A stretch of DNA of 64,000 bases from the human T2T-CHM13v2.0 reference genome, Homo sapiens (GCF_009914755.1 NC_060927.1), one strand, 5' to 3'. Positions 46,996-61,769 are shown, counted from the first letter of the stretch. A program made the numbers and translations. The notes: generated by a model from the sequence alone, not told the origin.

Positions 46996-47552
46996 TGGCA
47001 GGCAGCTCATGCTCCCCTAGTTTTCCCATATTCTAATCCCCAGAACCTGTAAATATGTTACCTTACATGGCAAAGGGACTTTGCCGATGTGAGATGTGAT
47101 TGAGTTAAGGACATTGAGATGGGGAGATATCCTGAATTATCTGAGTGACTACAGTCTAATCACAAGTGTTAGAGTCAGTAAAAGGATGTGACAATAGAAG
47201 TATAGGGGGAGAGAGAGAGGGGAGGGGAGGGGAGAGGGGAGAGGGGAGGACAGGAGAGGAGAGGAGAGGAGAGGAGAGGAGAGGAGAGGAGAGGAGAGGG
47301 GAGGCTGCTGATCTTGAAAATGGAGAAAGGGACCAGGACCTCAAAAATGTAATTGGCCTCTAGAAGCTAGAAAAGGCAGGGAAACAAATTCTTCCCTAAA
47401 ACCCCCAGAACACTGAACTTCAGACATTTTTATTTTGTGCTAGTGAAACTAGTTTGTATTTCTAATTTTCAGAAGTGTAAGTACTAAGTTTATGTTGTTC
47501 TATGCCACTATATTTGTGATAATACATCAGAGCAGCAATAGGAAGTTTATGC
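46996..47552 (+). mobile_element. MLT1 (C/D-like) LTR flanked by MIR pieces
   Basis: ctaatccccagaacctgtaaatatgttaccttacatggcaaagggactttg...gcagcaataggaa. Confidence 0.88.
47205..47304 (+). repeat. (GGAGA)n/(GGGGA)n polypurine repeat
   Basis: Directly visible. Confidence 0.95.
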
Positions 47553-49359
47553 AGACTCTCTAGATCTCAATTTTTTTTAAAATGAGAATAATTGTGATTT
47601 TTATTTCTTAGGATTTTTGAGCAGATCAAATGAGATATAACATGTAAAACATATGAATATATATTAAATATATGCTGCTGATGAAGATGATGGTGATGAT
47701 GATTATCACAATAACACTACTTTACTTCTAGTTGGGAAGAATCTTAACCACTGCTAAAAATGAGGATTATTTATAACTCATTTGATTTTAGATTGTTTTC
47801 ATCATTTTCTACTTTCATGTCCCCCAGATAATAAACCTTCTCCCTTCTGTGTTTCCAGGAAAGCTAGTCATATTCTTGTTCCCATATTAAATCAGTCAAT
47901 CAAATTCACAAGCACTTTTTGACCATCTACCAACTACCCACTAATACATTTGCCAGGAATCATTTGGCTCAATCGTGTTTCCCTTGAATTTTTATAATTT
48001 ATCGTTTTAAGGTTGGATGAGGTAATTTTTCCCTCCAACAAAAAGCTGCTTTTAAAAGTCTAAGGGTCTCCTGACTGTCTACTGTTTCCCTTTTCAGCAC
48101 CTATCATGTCTTCAAATGATGCACATGATTAAAAAAAGAAATGTTTTGCTTTTAGAGAAGGTGATGATTTATTGTAACAAGTGTAACATGGTATGATGAC
48201 AATTAAATGGAGTACAATTAAAGAGTGGTAAGAGTTTATAGAAGAAATAACGGTATGTTGATACGTTTGAAAAAAGAGTTTGGGTTGGGCAGTAAGTCTT
48301 GAGCTAGAATTTGAAGGATTGGTAGAATTTAAATGTGCAAAGGGAATGAGGCAAGGTACTGTAAATTAGAGGGGCGTCAAAGAAATTCATTGAGTTCTCT
48401 CAGAGACGGAGATGAACAGGGCTTGCATGGTACAGTATCGGCTTATATTGGAGTGCAGTTAAGGTTGAATCAGAATGTGGTCAGGCTTTACAGGTATTGC
48501 AAATCCTACTATTTTCATTTTTATTTCAGAACCTCTTTAGCAACCCATACCCATGCATCTGTAAGTTGAAAATAAAGTCATCTTTTTCTATTTCATTTGT
48601 AGAAATCATATGGAATAGTCTAAGCTCTTATCCATCCAACCTGAATCTCAGCTCGGGATGTCAGGGTTAATGACAGCCACTCTCTCTCCTGCCAAATAGC
48701 TTGGACCCTCTGATATTAAATGTCATTAACAGCAGTGAAGTTCCAACTGTAGACATTATTAAGAGGAAAAAATATCTGATAGGCATATGGAGTAGAGGAG
48801 GACTATTTCAAGTATCAAGGGGACTGGTTTAGGGAAGGAACAAAGCAATCAGCAGTTTGTCTTTATTATTGCTCTGCCCAGTCACATTAATATAAAAGGG
48901 GCCAGCACATCAGTAAAGTAATAGCGCAGAATGCATTAGCACCACGATTCTTGCCAAAATTTTACCTGACTTCTGGGTAGAAGCAAAGAACAGGAAGCAA
49001 ATGAGATGATTCAAGAAAATAGCAGAAATGGTAAATCAGAGCCTTACATGTAAGTAAGTAACTTAACATTCTTCAAAAGATGGTGACTCTTTCCTAAAAA
49101 ACACTAATAAAATAAATAAAAGTGGGAGAAAATAGTCCGTTTCATGACTCCAGAGTACATAAGAAAAGATATGGAGGTTTTAAGCAAGGTATGTTAAGAT
49201 GTGTCTGAAGAGGTGCATTTCTGTCTGTAGAAGCACCAAGGGCTCTGGGCTTGCAACAGTCGTTGCATGGTGATTCTCACGCATGCTTCTTGATGCTTTC
49301 ATGAGCCTCCAACTATATGCATTAGAATAAAATGAAGCAGCACAATGCCCTGCAGGTTT

Positions 49360-49800
49360 TTATTGGCTTTGAAATTTTTTAAAATATGATATATAAAAGG
49401 GGAATAGAAAACTCTGTTAGTAAGTAATCACGAGGAAAATACACATAAAACTACTACCAAAGTCATAACATAGCGCATTGCCAGTACCACAGATGCTGCC
49501 ACTCTACCCTTGACTTTGTCCATTCCATTATTATTGCCTTCTCTCTCCTTAAAGGTAACCACTATGCTGAGTTTTTGGTAATCACTTTATTGTTCTTTAT
49601 TATACATTTGGCACCTATATACGCATTCCATGAACACCATAATATAGGTTTGCTTGTTTTCTTTGTGTTGTAGAAATGGAATTATATGATGAGTATTCTG
49701 TGTCTGTATTTTTTTAAATTAATGTTATGCTTATGAGATTCATCCACAGTGTTGTATTGCTAGTGGTTCTTGCAATTATTTTTGAAATCACTCTAATGGA
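49360..49800 (-). mobile_element. Old L1ME 3' fragment
   Basis: aggtaaccactatgctgagttt...agaaatggaattatatg...tgagattcatccacagtgttg. Confidence 0.65.
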
Positions 49801-49918
49801 TATTACATTACACACATGCATCATAGAATAGATGTGTAAACAAGTGGATATATATTTTAGATAATATTTCTGAACAGAATCCCAGTTAAAATAAAAGCAC
49901 ATCAGTTCCTAAAGGAAT

Positions 49919-50538
49919 TGTATTAATTTCTAGTGCTGCATAACAAATTACCACAAACTCAGCAGCCTAAAACAACATCTATTTCCTATCTCACAGTTCT
50001 GGAGGTCATGTAAGTAAGCCTGACTAGCTTCTCTGCTCCCAGTCTCCTGAGGCCAAGATCAAGGTGTTAGCCAGACTAGTCTCTAATCTGGAGTTCAGGG
50101 AAATAATTCACTTCCAAGCTAATTTAAGTTGTTGGCATAATTCAGTTTCTTGCAATTGTAGAACTGAAGTACGACCTTCTTGCTGATTGTTGGCAGAAGG
50201 CCAAACTCAGCTCCTAGAAGTTGCTCTCGGGTTCTTGCACGTGGCTCTGCCCATCCTCAAAGCCAGCCAGGACACATCGCATTTCAGGTATTCAATCTCT
50301 CTGACATCCTCTTCTGCCACTAGCTGGAGAAAACTCTGCTTTCAGGTTATTAGATTCATGTGATTAGATTAAGCCTGACTGAAAAATCTCTTTTCTTTGG
50401 TCATATAATGTAACATAATCATAGGCATAATACATCATCATATTTATAGGCTCTGCTCACACTGAAAGGGAAAGAGGTTTTATAAGGGCATCTTAGAAAG
50501 AGGTTTTATTGGGGCATCTTAGAGTTCTGCTTGCTGCA
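49919..50538 (-). mobile_element. MLT1 (E/F-like) LTR
   Basis: tgtattaatttctagtgctgcataacaaattaccacaaactcagcagcctaaaacaaca...ggggcatcttagagttctgc. Confidence 0.82.
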
Positions 50539-50959
50539 GGAGTGAAGAAAAGAACAATTAGAATCCAGGGCCTCATTACATCCCTCTGGTGCTGTACTTA
50601 AAATGAGCTGGGGCACCCATACATCTTGAAAAATTGAAACCTACCTTTAGTAGAGAAGGCTGCTATTTGGCATGCTATTTTTCTCTATTCTTTAAGATAC
50701 ATTTATTGGGTATATGCTATAAATAAATCACGGTGGACGGATGCAAAGATTATGTGACAATTGCATAATAACCTACAGTGTGAGGTAAACTATAACAACA
50801 TAGTCATTAGAACTCGATGTGAATTCAAGGGAGAGTAAAACTACATTCTGCTAAGAGTGTTGAAGAAGGCGTCAATGTTTGACTATTATAAATTTAACAT
50901 ACATCTTTGCCTCTGGTCTGTCCTCCTTATTTCCAGTCTCTTCACAAACCTCTTTTATT

Positions 50960-51535
<576 letters not shown>

Positions 51536-51608
51536 CAGAGCTCTTCAATCTAGATAAAATGCAAATTTGGCCATGTTATTTCTAGTTCATTTTTTATGGA
51601 TTATCTAG

Positions 51609-51837
51609 GGTGGTGGTTCTCAACCAGAGTTAATTCCCCTTTCTTCCTGGTCCCCGAATGGAAATAGCGTCTAGAAATATTTGGAGACTTTTTTTGTTGT
51701 TTGTCATAACTTGAGAATGCTATTGGCCTCTAGTAAGTAGAAGTCATAGATGCTGCTAAACATTATAATTCTTTGACTCCCACATCAAAGAATTATGAAG
51801 CTCAAAATGTCAATAGAGTTGAGGTTGGGAAACCCTG
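51609..51837 (+). mobile_element. MER20 hAT MITE
   Basis: gtggttctcaacc...tgctattggcctctagtaagtagaagtcatagatgctgctaaacat...aatgtcaatagagttgaggttgggaaaccctg. Confidence 0.85.
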
Positions 51838-51859
51838 GTGTAGGCCTGCCCCATTGTAA

Positions 51860-52330
51860 CAGGATTAAGTCAGAGATTGCTCACATGACAAACAAAGTGT
51901 TTGTCTACCCTGCTTTTTCCCATCATGCTTATCCATCCCTCCTAGTATTTAGGATCACAAGGTGCATTCACAGTGCTGTTTCTGAACACTGTGATTATTT
52001 ATTCTCAACATCTATCCTTTCATCCACAACAATTCCTATTTACTCATTCTTTGAGTCTTAGCTTAGGCTACCATTATTCATGAAACTTGTCCTTAAACAC
52101 CAATCTGGGTGACATGCCCTCTTACAATCATTTCAGATTACCCTCTGGACTTGTGAAGAGTCACACTTAAGATGCTAAACATTCATTAACTCTTTCTTTG
52201 CTCTTTTTTTCCCATGACTTTGGAAGGGGGCTGAGACTAGCAGACTCATGTTAAGTGGCATGAGCGCCTAGTAGGATGTGATTTCTGGCACAGATACATT
52301 CAGTAATCTTAGTTGAATGAATTAATAAAT
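51860..52330 (+). mobile_element. L2 3' fragment
   Basis: Ends ctggcacagatacattcagtaatcttagttgaatgaattaataaat. Confidence 0.55.
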
Positions 52331-52334
52331 AAAA

Positions 52335-53098
52335 GTAGTAGTCTTCTCAGGCAGCCATGACAGAGTTCCACAGACTGGGTGGCTTAAACAAGAGAAATTT
52401 ATTTCTCATAGTTCTGGACACTAAAAGTCCTAGATCAAGGTATTAATTAGCAGGCTTGGTTTTTGTATTACTCTGTTCTCACACTACTATTAAAAACTAC
52501 TGGAGACTGGGTAATTTATGAAGAAAAGAGGTTTAATTGACTCATAGTTCTGCAGTCTATACAGGAAGCATGGCTGGGAGGCCTCAGGTAACTTACAATC
52601 ATGGTGGAAGGCAAAGGGGAAGCAGTCACCTCTTACCGTGGAGGAGCAGGAGAGAAAGAGTGAAGGGGAAGTGCTACACACTTGTAAACAACCAGATCTC
52701 ATGAAAATGCACTCACTAGCATGGGAACAGCAAGGGGGAAGTCTGCCCCCATGATCTCATCACCTCCCACCAGGTCCTTCCCCCAACATTGGGAATCACA
52801 ATTCAATGTGAAATTTGGGTGCGGACACAGAGCTAAAACATATCAGTTCTCCTGTGGACTCTCTCCTTGGCTTGCAGGTGGCCTCCTTTTTGTTATGTCC
52901 CCGCATGGCCTTTCCACTGTGCACATGAGCTCCTGTGTCTCTCTCTCTTCTCATGAGGACATCAATCCTATTGGATTAGGGCCCCACTCTTATGATCTCG
53001 TTTAACCCTAATTACCTCCTTAAAGACCCTGTCGCCAAAATATTAGGGTTAGAACTTCAACATGTACATTTTAGGGGCACACCATTTAGTTTATTACA
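52335..53098 (-). mobile_element. MLT1A-like LTR split by a younger MaLR LTR
   Basis: cacagactgggtggcttaaacaagagaaatttatttctcatagttctgga ... gaggacatcaatcctattggattagggcccc. Confidence 0.85.
52464..52845 (-). mobile_element. THE1D/MSTA-like solo LTR
   Basis: tgtattactctgttctcacact...gagactgggtaatttatgaagaaaagaggtttaattgactca...aacatatca; 5-bp TSD gtttt / gttct. Confidence 0.92.
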
Positions 53099-53862
53099 AA
53101 TATGAAGTGTCAAAATAAAGGAAATATCAGTCAGAAGACTGCTTCATAAATTTACTCATTTGATAGCAACTCTGTTATTGAAATCTTTAAAAATATTTTT
53201 CATTAAATCTGTTCAATTTTTTTCAAACAAATGTGTTTATAGCTATACATAAAAATAAATAAAAAGTGTGCATACAAAGATATGGAATACAAACACAATA
53301 ATATTATTAAATTGTAGCCAAAGTGTTGCCTATGGAAAAATGTGAGCTGGTGTTTGTGTCTCTTTATTGTTAAAAAATTAGCAAATATTAGAGAGATATA
53401 TATAAAATTCACTTGCACTATAGCAATCTAGTTAGAAAGAAGGAAAGCAAACTGAAAAGAAAGATGGAATTCTTATTATGAAAGTCAATACTATTTCTCA
53501 TCTTCACCAAATTAGATGCATTCCAAACTTGGGCACCAGCTAGATTACAGTCTAGGTTGTGTTAAGAGGAGTCTAGTAGTGGGTTGAGCCTTCTGTGGCT
53601 GGAGGAAACTGTGTGTGCTAGGGTTCCATTTGTTTGTTACTGTCTGCATAATTAGATATCATATAACTAAAAGTTACTCTTGGATTTCAAGTATTCTGAA
53701 AATTTTACCGTGAATAACCTTTTGAGTTCTACGAGCATTTGCACACATGCCTTAAAATCCCTTTAAATCTTACAATGCTAATTTGATTCCCATATCCTAA
53801 CCATGTTTTATTTTTGGTGGCTTCATACTCCAAGTTGTAATTTAGAGAGTGATTTTGTAGTA

Positions 53863-54200
53863 CAGTCAGCCTTCTGAATCTGTGGATTCTGCATCTGTGG
53901 GTTCAACCAACCTCTGACAGAAAATTTTGGAAAGGAAAAGTATCTATGCTGAATATACACAGACCCTTTTAGATAATAAGGCAATTATCTAAACAATTGA
54001 GTATAACTACTATTTACATAGCATTTGCATTGTATTAGGTATTATCAGTAGTCTAGAGATTATTTAAAGTATATTGGAGGATATGTATAGGTTATATGCA
54101 AATACTTCACCATTTTATGTGAGGGACTTGAGCCCTGGTAGAGGTTGGTGTCCTCTGGAATTCCTGGAACCAATCCCTCAAGGATACATGGGACAGTGGT
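53863..54200 (-). mobile_element. MER2 (Tigger-family MITE)
   Basis: TA|cagtcagcc...actatttacatagcatttgcattgtattaggtattat...cctggaaccaatccc. Confidence 0.85.
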
Positions 54201-54209
54201 AATCTATGG

Positions 54210-54397
54210 CAAGGAATCTCACATTTGGCATGCATCAGAATTACCTGGAGGCTTCTTAAGACACAGATTGTTGGAGCCCCATTTCCAGAGTTTCTGATTT
54301 AGTAGACCTTAGGTGGAGCCAGATAATTTGCATTTCTAACAAGTTTCCAGATTATGGCAAGGTTGTGTTTTTGGGGACCACACTTTGAGGAGTACTG
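54210..54397. mobile_element. MER5A hAT MITE
   Basis: gcatcagaattacctggag...gtttctgatttagtag...atttgcatttctaacaagtt...gggaccacactttgag. Confidence 0.9.
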
Positions 54398-54958
54398 CTC
54401 AATGGGAATCTGGTATTCATAAGAAGTACTGTCTTGCTCCCTTGGAGGATCTGTTTGAAAAACAACCACATATTGCTCTTCCAGACTCAGAAATTAAAGG
54501 CATATGTAGATGTAGTTTTCTTCCTAGAACAGCTTGGAAGCACCGTTGGTATTTTGAGTGCAGCTCCTATTTGACCTTTATTCAGTCATTGAAGACTGAT
54601 TTGTTGGGAGTCTTCATTTGCCAGGTTCTGTGTTGGATGTTTGACATGCAACAGTGTGGACAGGTGAGGTTGCTGACTTTATACAGATTATGCTGTTTAC
54701 AAGCAGTTATGTGTCTATTTTAATCAATGTATAAGCTCACAGACCTGGGAATCAGATTCAGCCTCACTTTGCCAAAATTTAGGCTTGAGACCTTGAACAA
54801 ATTATACAACTTTCCTGGGCCCCAGGTCCCTTTTAGCATCACCTTCAGTTACTCAAATATTTCTGGAAGGATATGGTGTTAAAAGGAGAAAGGAAAAAAA
54901 CACTTATTTCTTTCTCTTACTATTCAGGTAACATAACGGAATAAACCCAAACAGCCAC

Positions 54959-55021
54959 TGTAAAATACAAATTTGTATAAAATACAAATTTGTATAAAAT
55001 ACAAATAAAGTACAAATTTGT
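54959..55021 (+). repeat. 17-bp tandem repeat (tataaaatacaaatttg), ~3.5 copies
   Basis: Directly visible. Confidence 0.85.
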
Positions 55022-55414
55022 GTGGCATATTAGATTGGTTGTTTAGAATCCTGTTTAATAGGAATTACCTCTTCTGCTCAGGACCTGATATAGCAGCAGC
55101 TATATAAAGTATGTGCCAAACGTCACACAAATCAGGCAATCACTTTGAAACCATCTGGATCATCCTGTAGCATGTCTACCAGGAAAACTTTTCTCCCTTT
55201 CATGAGGATTAACTCTACCTGTTGGCAGCTATGCTAGCTCTGATATCACATATGCTGAGATAAATCAGCACCCTACATCCAGACAAAGGTAGAACAGATT
55301 TTTAAGAGACATTTGACAATTAGAAAAAATTATCAGGTTCCTGGAGAAACCTAACAGACAACACAAGCCATCTCATTCACTTGCAATCATTGTATTTTTC
55401 TCCTAAGAAGTCTA

Positions 55415-55645
55415 TAGAATATTGGCTCTGGAGCTATACAGTCCTGAATTTGAATCCTGACTAAGCTACATATGAGTTTGGTTATGTCAGTTAGGTTATT
55501 TCCACTCTCTGAATCACAGTTTTGTTGTCTATAAAATGAAACTAAGATATAACTTATAGGATATTATGACAACTGAATAATAATAACATATAAAATAGGT
55601 AGCAACATAGGTGACATATGGTAGGTGTTAAATATTATTAAAAAA
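55415..55645 (+). mobile_element. MIR
   Basis: ggctctggagctatacagtcctgaatttgaatcctgact...ctctgaatcacagttttgttgtctataaaatg. Confidence 0.75.
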
Positions 55646-58039
55646 CAGCTTATAACTGGAGTACTATCTCAACAAGATTATAAATAATCACTTGGAACCC
55701 AGAAATGATATTACTATGCAGGCATAGATTGCTGTAACCTGCTTGTTTTCTGCTACTGCAGCCATGCATGGATAACCTGAGGCATAAGGCAGAAGAAAGG
55801 CTTGGGGAGATATTGTAGTTTCCTCTTGAAATCAGAGCTTGTAACAATGCCTTGGCTTCCTTAGGAAGCAGGAATTAGGGAGCAAGGAGAATAATACAGG
55901 GAAAACATTATACATGTGGGTTTTCAAGGTTGCCACTGTGAATACTGAGGGCCAAATCTCCAGGACCTCCTAAGAAGCATCGAGAACTAACTCAGCAAAA
56001 AACAGGCTGAGAGAGGAACTGCCAGGATGAGGATTATCGTGGGGGCTTCACTCATACTTCTGGGCTACATTTACACATGGATTGAGGGAGTTCCATGATC
56101 TTGGATAAGGTCCCTAAAAGAAAGTGAAAAGATCCTCCAAACATCCTTGACAGGTAGATCATTGCCAGCAGCAAGTTTCAGTTGAGTCTGAGCTGTGGCT
56201 GAGGCCAGAGCTTGGCTGTGGGACTCCAAAGTGTGAAAGCGGAGGAATCTGCTGCATGGAGCTTGAGTGGTTTTGCTCAGAATTATATGAGGCCAGCACT
56301 TTTATAGCATGATATGGCTCAAATAGATCCACCTCCTTTTTTCAAAATTCCCTAAAATCATTAATCTTCATGTTCATCTCAGTGAGTATTGGCTTATTTT
56401 AAGCAAACTAAAAGTTTATACTTGACTTCAAACATTCTGAATTACAACATATGCCCCTAGAGATAATGACCAGACCATGCTAATGGACATCTGCTAGACA
56501 AGTGTTTTACATAATATGGTTCTTCCACTCCCTACAGGAGGATTGCCAGTAAGACCCACTACATTAGCATCTCTTAGAATACAATTTTTTTTTTTCTCTA
56601 ATAAACTCTGTACTGGAAGTCTGGGAATTATACTAGATCTTTTGTAGCTTTGGCTTCTATTTCTTGTATATTTATTGTCTTAAAATTTTCTTCAGCCCTT
56701 ACATGGCAGTAGAATAAAATTTTAAGCTGGTTTTTTTCTGTCTCTTGGTGAAGGCATGGGGAAATAATCACTGGGCCTACTTGTTTTGGTTATATTATGT
56801 GCAGTGTGTGCATGAGAGATTCCTTAACTGTCATTTCTATGTGATTGAACATAAACATGCTTAATGTAGCCCTGCATTCCTTAGAATCATCCTGTCTCCC
56901 AGGTGCAGGAAGAGTAAGGTTGGCCATATTATTACAGGAAATGGAGGCTCATAACACTTGAATTTTTTTTTTTCAGTCCAGATACCAAACGTAGCTTGAG
57001 CTGAGATTAGAGTCTTGGGCAATATTCTAATATTGTTGAGACAACAGATGTCTGGAAAACTGGCATTGTTAATGGCTCATAGGTTTGTTGTTTTGTCTTT
57101 AGAAGGAGATAACAACCATATCCGTTTTTCAGAACGCTCTTTTCTCAGAGAGACTATAGTTTTGCTTTCAGACATTTTATAAAAGTACTTAATCTTATTG
57201 AACATATGGACAGTGATATCTAGACACAACCAGCTGATTTAAGAATAAAGAGAGCACTTAAACTCAGATTTCCTTTCTTGTCAGCTGGTATCACTGGCTA
57301 GTTTTATGAAGGGCTTCTAAAAACCTTTTTGCTCTGTGACTAGAAATATGCCATTTAATACAGGATGAATAAATGTCCTCCGAGTGTCCTTTTATCACTT
57401 TAGGCTCTCAGGACTCAAACAAGTTTGCTAATAAGATTAGAGTGAAAACTTTATTAAACTCTGGTTCGTGGTAGATTTTATGGTTTTATTATACAGTTTG
57501 ACTATATTAGCTTAAGACTGTATAGCTCCCTAAATTCCATGCCTTTAATAAGTTCTCTCTCCAAAAGGGTCTCTCTATAATGACAATGTAATAGCAACAG
57601 GAGAACTTAATGATTTGAGAGCATTATATTTTATAACCATTATCCGTAATAGATAGGACAGTGAAAGTTTGTAATTTATTATGTCATAAATGGGTAATCA
57701 TATATGTGGGTGGTGGAACTGATTGGATAAGTGAAATGGAAGCTATTGGAGCTAATATTCTTTAGGGCTGGCTAAGTGCAATCTCAGTAACATCATTTCT
57801 TAATTAGCCATGTTAACACCTCACTTATATGGGAGGCTCTCACCAAACTTTCACAATCGTTCAGAACCCAACCAAGACCCTAAAACTAAAACAAAAAAAT
57901 TACACACACATGCATACACACATGCACACATACATAATACACATATGTGTGCATGTGTGAGGGTGTAAATGACAGCAGACCACTGCTTTATTTATATACC
58001 TTATAGCTATAGTTTTCTTACATCCCCCACACTGCCACT

Positions 58040-58460
58040 CCCCCCCACTGTTAGACCATGAGCAATTACTTCTTTCTGCCTCAGTTACATCATCTGTAAA
58101 ACAAAGATAATAATACTAGTCACTTCCTAATGGGTTTGGGCATACATATACACACATACAGACATGTATATACATTCTGCCCAATATCACCCTGTTACAG
58201 AATGTGCACAAATGACTCACAGCTGATTTGGTTTCATCTTACATAGTATACTCACAATTAGAGGCACACCAAAAAACACAATTACATTATTAATAATAAA
58301 ATATAGCTTAGAGCTGGTTCATATATAGTGTTTAACATAGTGTTTAATATCAGCAGACCTGTCTGAACGCTTTATATATAAATTCAGTCTACCATTGTAA
58401 TCTTTGTTTTACAAATGAGGAAACTGAGGGAGAAAGGGGTGAATTTTCCCAGTCTGTCAG
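58040..58460. mobile_element. Two MIR fragments in opposite orientation
   Basis: ctgcctcagttacatcatctgtaaaaca and ttttacaaatgaggaaactgagg. Confidence 0.6.
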
Positions 58461-59351
58461 TGGGGATAGAGGCAGAAAAATTGTAACTATCCTGTGAATT
58501 AATTCAGAAAGCAGCAGTGTGCAATCATTTACTGTTGGCGAAGGCATCCTTCAGTGACCTCTTCAAATGACATCGTGTGCCCGCCAAATATAATACGTGG
58601 GGCTCATCCTAAAGCACCCTAAACGAAAGGACTCACTTGGCGTGTGCTTTAAGACAAAGAAGTTTCTAATATATTTCGAAGCTCTTTTCTCCCAAAATAA
58701 TTTTTTTAACTTTTTAAATTAAAGATCCAAGTTCTTTTTTATTGGTCAGGACACTAAATGAAACATCTCCTTCATGATTATGTCTAGGTTGATATTCATC
58801 ATAGTTTTAATAGGTAAAAACCAAAAGCAGCAACTACACAAAAAGAGATTTATTAAAATTTAAGGAAGTGATCTGGAACTTCCTGTTTCAAATACAGGAA
58901 TTTTAAAGTCAAGTAAAATTTCTTCTTTGTTTGTTGTCCTGTGATAAGCCCTGTCACTCTGCATCAAACATGCTTATAGCCGTCCACTTCTTTTTCTGTT
59001 GATAATGTCATGAGACAGTAATTTACTTACTTATTTAGATTGCTGTTCATTTTCCTTCAAGTTGATAAATAAGAATTACATATTTTGGTATTCATCTTCT
59101 TTAAAAATGTTGAACATGAAAGGAGATTCAAGGGTATGCATAAATGCTTTTTAAAGTAAAAACCATTTATGCTTCTGAAATCAGGCTTAGGACTTAACTC
59201 CTTTCATATTTCCTGACTGTAATATGACACCATTAAAAAATGGAAAGCTCTGATTGCTGTTTAATAAAGATTTCTGGTTAACAAAGACAACCTTAGGGAA
59301 GGATATAAAAGGGTAATACATAGAAAGAAGATATCTGTAATCTCTAAATAA

Positions 59352-59723
<372 letters not shown>

Positions 59724-59739
59724 ACATACTAGAATATTT

Positions 59740-60200
59740 AAGGAACTCTTTTAGCAATAAGTTATTTAAGAAAAGAAAAAAATTAGAAAACAACTAATAA
59801 TTCAGAAGGATGGAAAACAGCAAGACCAGTAAGCATTTGAAGAGATATTTACTCTCACTATGCATCAAGGAAATACAAGTTAAAGTTAAAGAACACTTTG
59901 CATTTTTCAGAATGGCAAAATTTGGAAAGTCCTAGTGAGGATATGGCAAACTGGAAAACCCAAGGTTATTGTTGATGGGAGTATAAAATTTTCTGGGAAA
60001 CAATTTTACTATCTGGTGAAAATAAGTTATATGCTATCTAGCATTCTCACTTCTGGGTGGAGTAAGTTGTGCATATTCATGCTTGGGTGATAGCAAGGCT
60101 TAGAGGGCCTACAGTGACTATTACTACATATCAATAGAAAAATAGAATATTGAAAACACAAAATGATTTAAATGGATTAAACACCCACAAGAAACAATGC
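59740..60200 (+). mobile_element. Old L1ME 3' fragment
   Basis: aagatatttactctcactatgcatcaaggaaatacaagttaaa...ttgttgatgggagtataaaatt. Confidence 0.55.
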
Positions 60201-61769
60201 AATATCATTTTATATATATAACTGTATCCAAACACTTAGAAGACAGTGGGAAAGTCCTATATTACATATACTAAAGTTATGCTTTTGTGGGAGTGGGAAC
60301 TTGGAAGGAAATAAAAAAAAGAAGTATTATTTAATACAAGAAAAGTGGATGATCATTACCCAAGTCAAATATAGGATGAGAATGATTATCTCAATTCTGT
60401 GTACTATATTTTCATTCCAAAAAAGGAAACAAACAAACAAAAATAACTATGCTACATGGTCCTCCCTCTTCATTTAATATATGTTGATAGACTAGGATGG
60501 TGGGAGGGGCGGGGAGAGGGCGCTGAAATTGGAGAGAGGTTTCGGAAAAAAGAGGAAGAGTTTCTGTGATGTATAAAAGTCTTGTCTAAAAATATTTGGT
60601 GACTCTCATGAGCTTCCCTGACTTTATAATAATTAAAAAACTTCCAAAATATTAAGCTAAAATTGGTCTATTTAATTCCTGTATTACTTTGGTGATTTTA
60701 AGTACCATGGCTTCTGATGGGTTACCAACATAACATGCTATAATATAGAGCTTCTTTTGAATGTTATGCTTAACCTGAGGAAGAAAGTAGACAGTATTGG
60801 CCACTGAATGTATTGCAGGTTGAATTGTAGCCATCATATACCAGGAATACAATTAAAAACAGGTTTTGCTTGAGTGAAATATTACCATCTAGTTTATTTT
60901 TTACTGTATTTATACATGACCAATAGTATTTACTATTGGTCATGGCATTTGCAGTTCTAAATAGGAAATGGGTGAATTTAGCAGGTAATTTAATTTTAAT
61001 AAGTGTATCTTATAAAGAGATCAAAGTATGTTTCTAAAGCATTTATGAGCTAATATAGATCATAATATTAGTATATTAAAATCTTGAAATCTTAAAGGTT
61101 AGGGTTGATTTTTAAAAATAAAAGTTTTCTCTAATTTCATGAAGCCAAATCTTATTTATTAGTGGTTGCAAAACAATAGAAATACATACATGGAGTTGAA
61201 AACTTTATATCATTGGTGACATTGAAAAGACTCCATGCAGGGATGGTCAGCATAAAAAACCTTAAATACAGCTAGAAAAAAGCTAAGACTGAATATTTTA
61301 AAACAATTTATCAACTTTCAACAATACCTAAAACTAGTTGTCTAAGACTAGATGTGAGCTGATATATAGAAACTTCAATAAATGAAAAGTGATTGAGCTT
61401 CACAGGGAATACAATTGAAAATGGGCTACATGAAACTATCGTTTTGGAGCAAGTGAATATTACCTATCAAAAGAGATGACATATTGGGTATACTCCAAGA
61501 TAAAATAATTACTATATTTTTAGGGCTAATATTAACCTAAATTCAAAGATGTCGATAATCTATAATAATTCTTATCGTGCAGCAGTGCAGTCATCTGATT
61601 CCAGGTTTGATGGACTATGTTTTTTACTAGGATTTCAAGATTTCTTCAAAGTATATATTTTATTTTATTGAATAAAAGAACGAATATATGAATGAACAAT
61701 AGGTGAAATTATGAAAACAACAAAATAAAAAATTAGAATTATCATAGGTAGGAGAAGGCTCACGCCTTC

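Noticed and set aside
60652-60852. Minus-strand ORF with an acceptor-like ttcttcctcag
   Set aside because: The peptide is not recognised and the downstream donor is weak.
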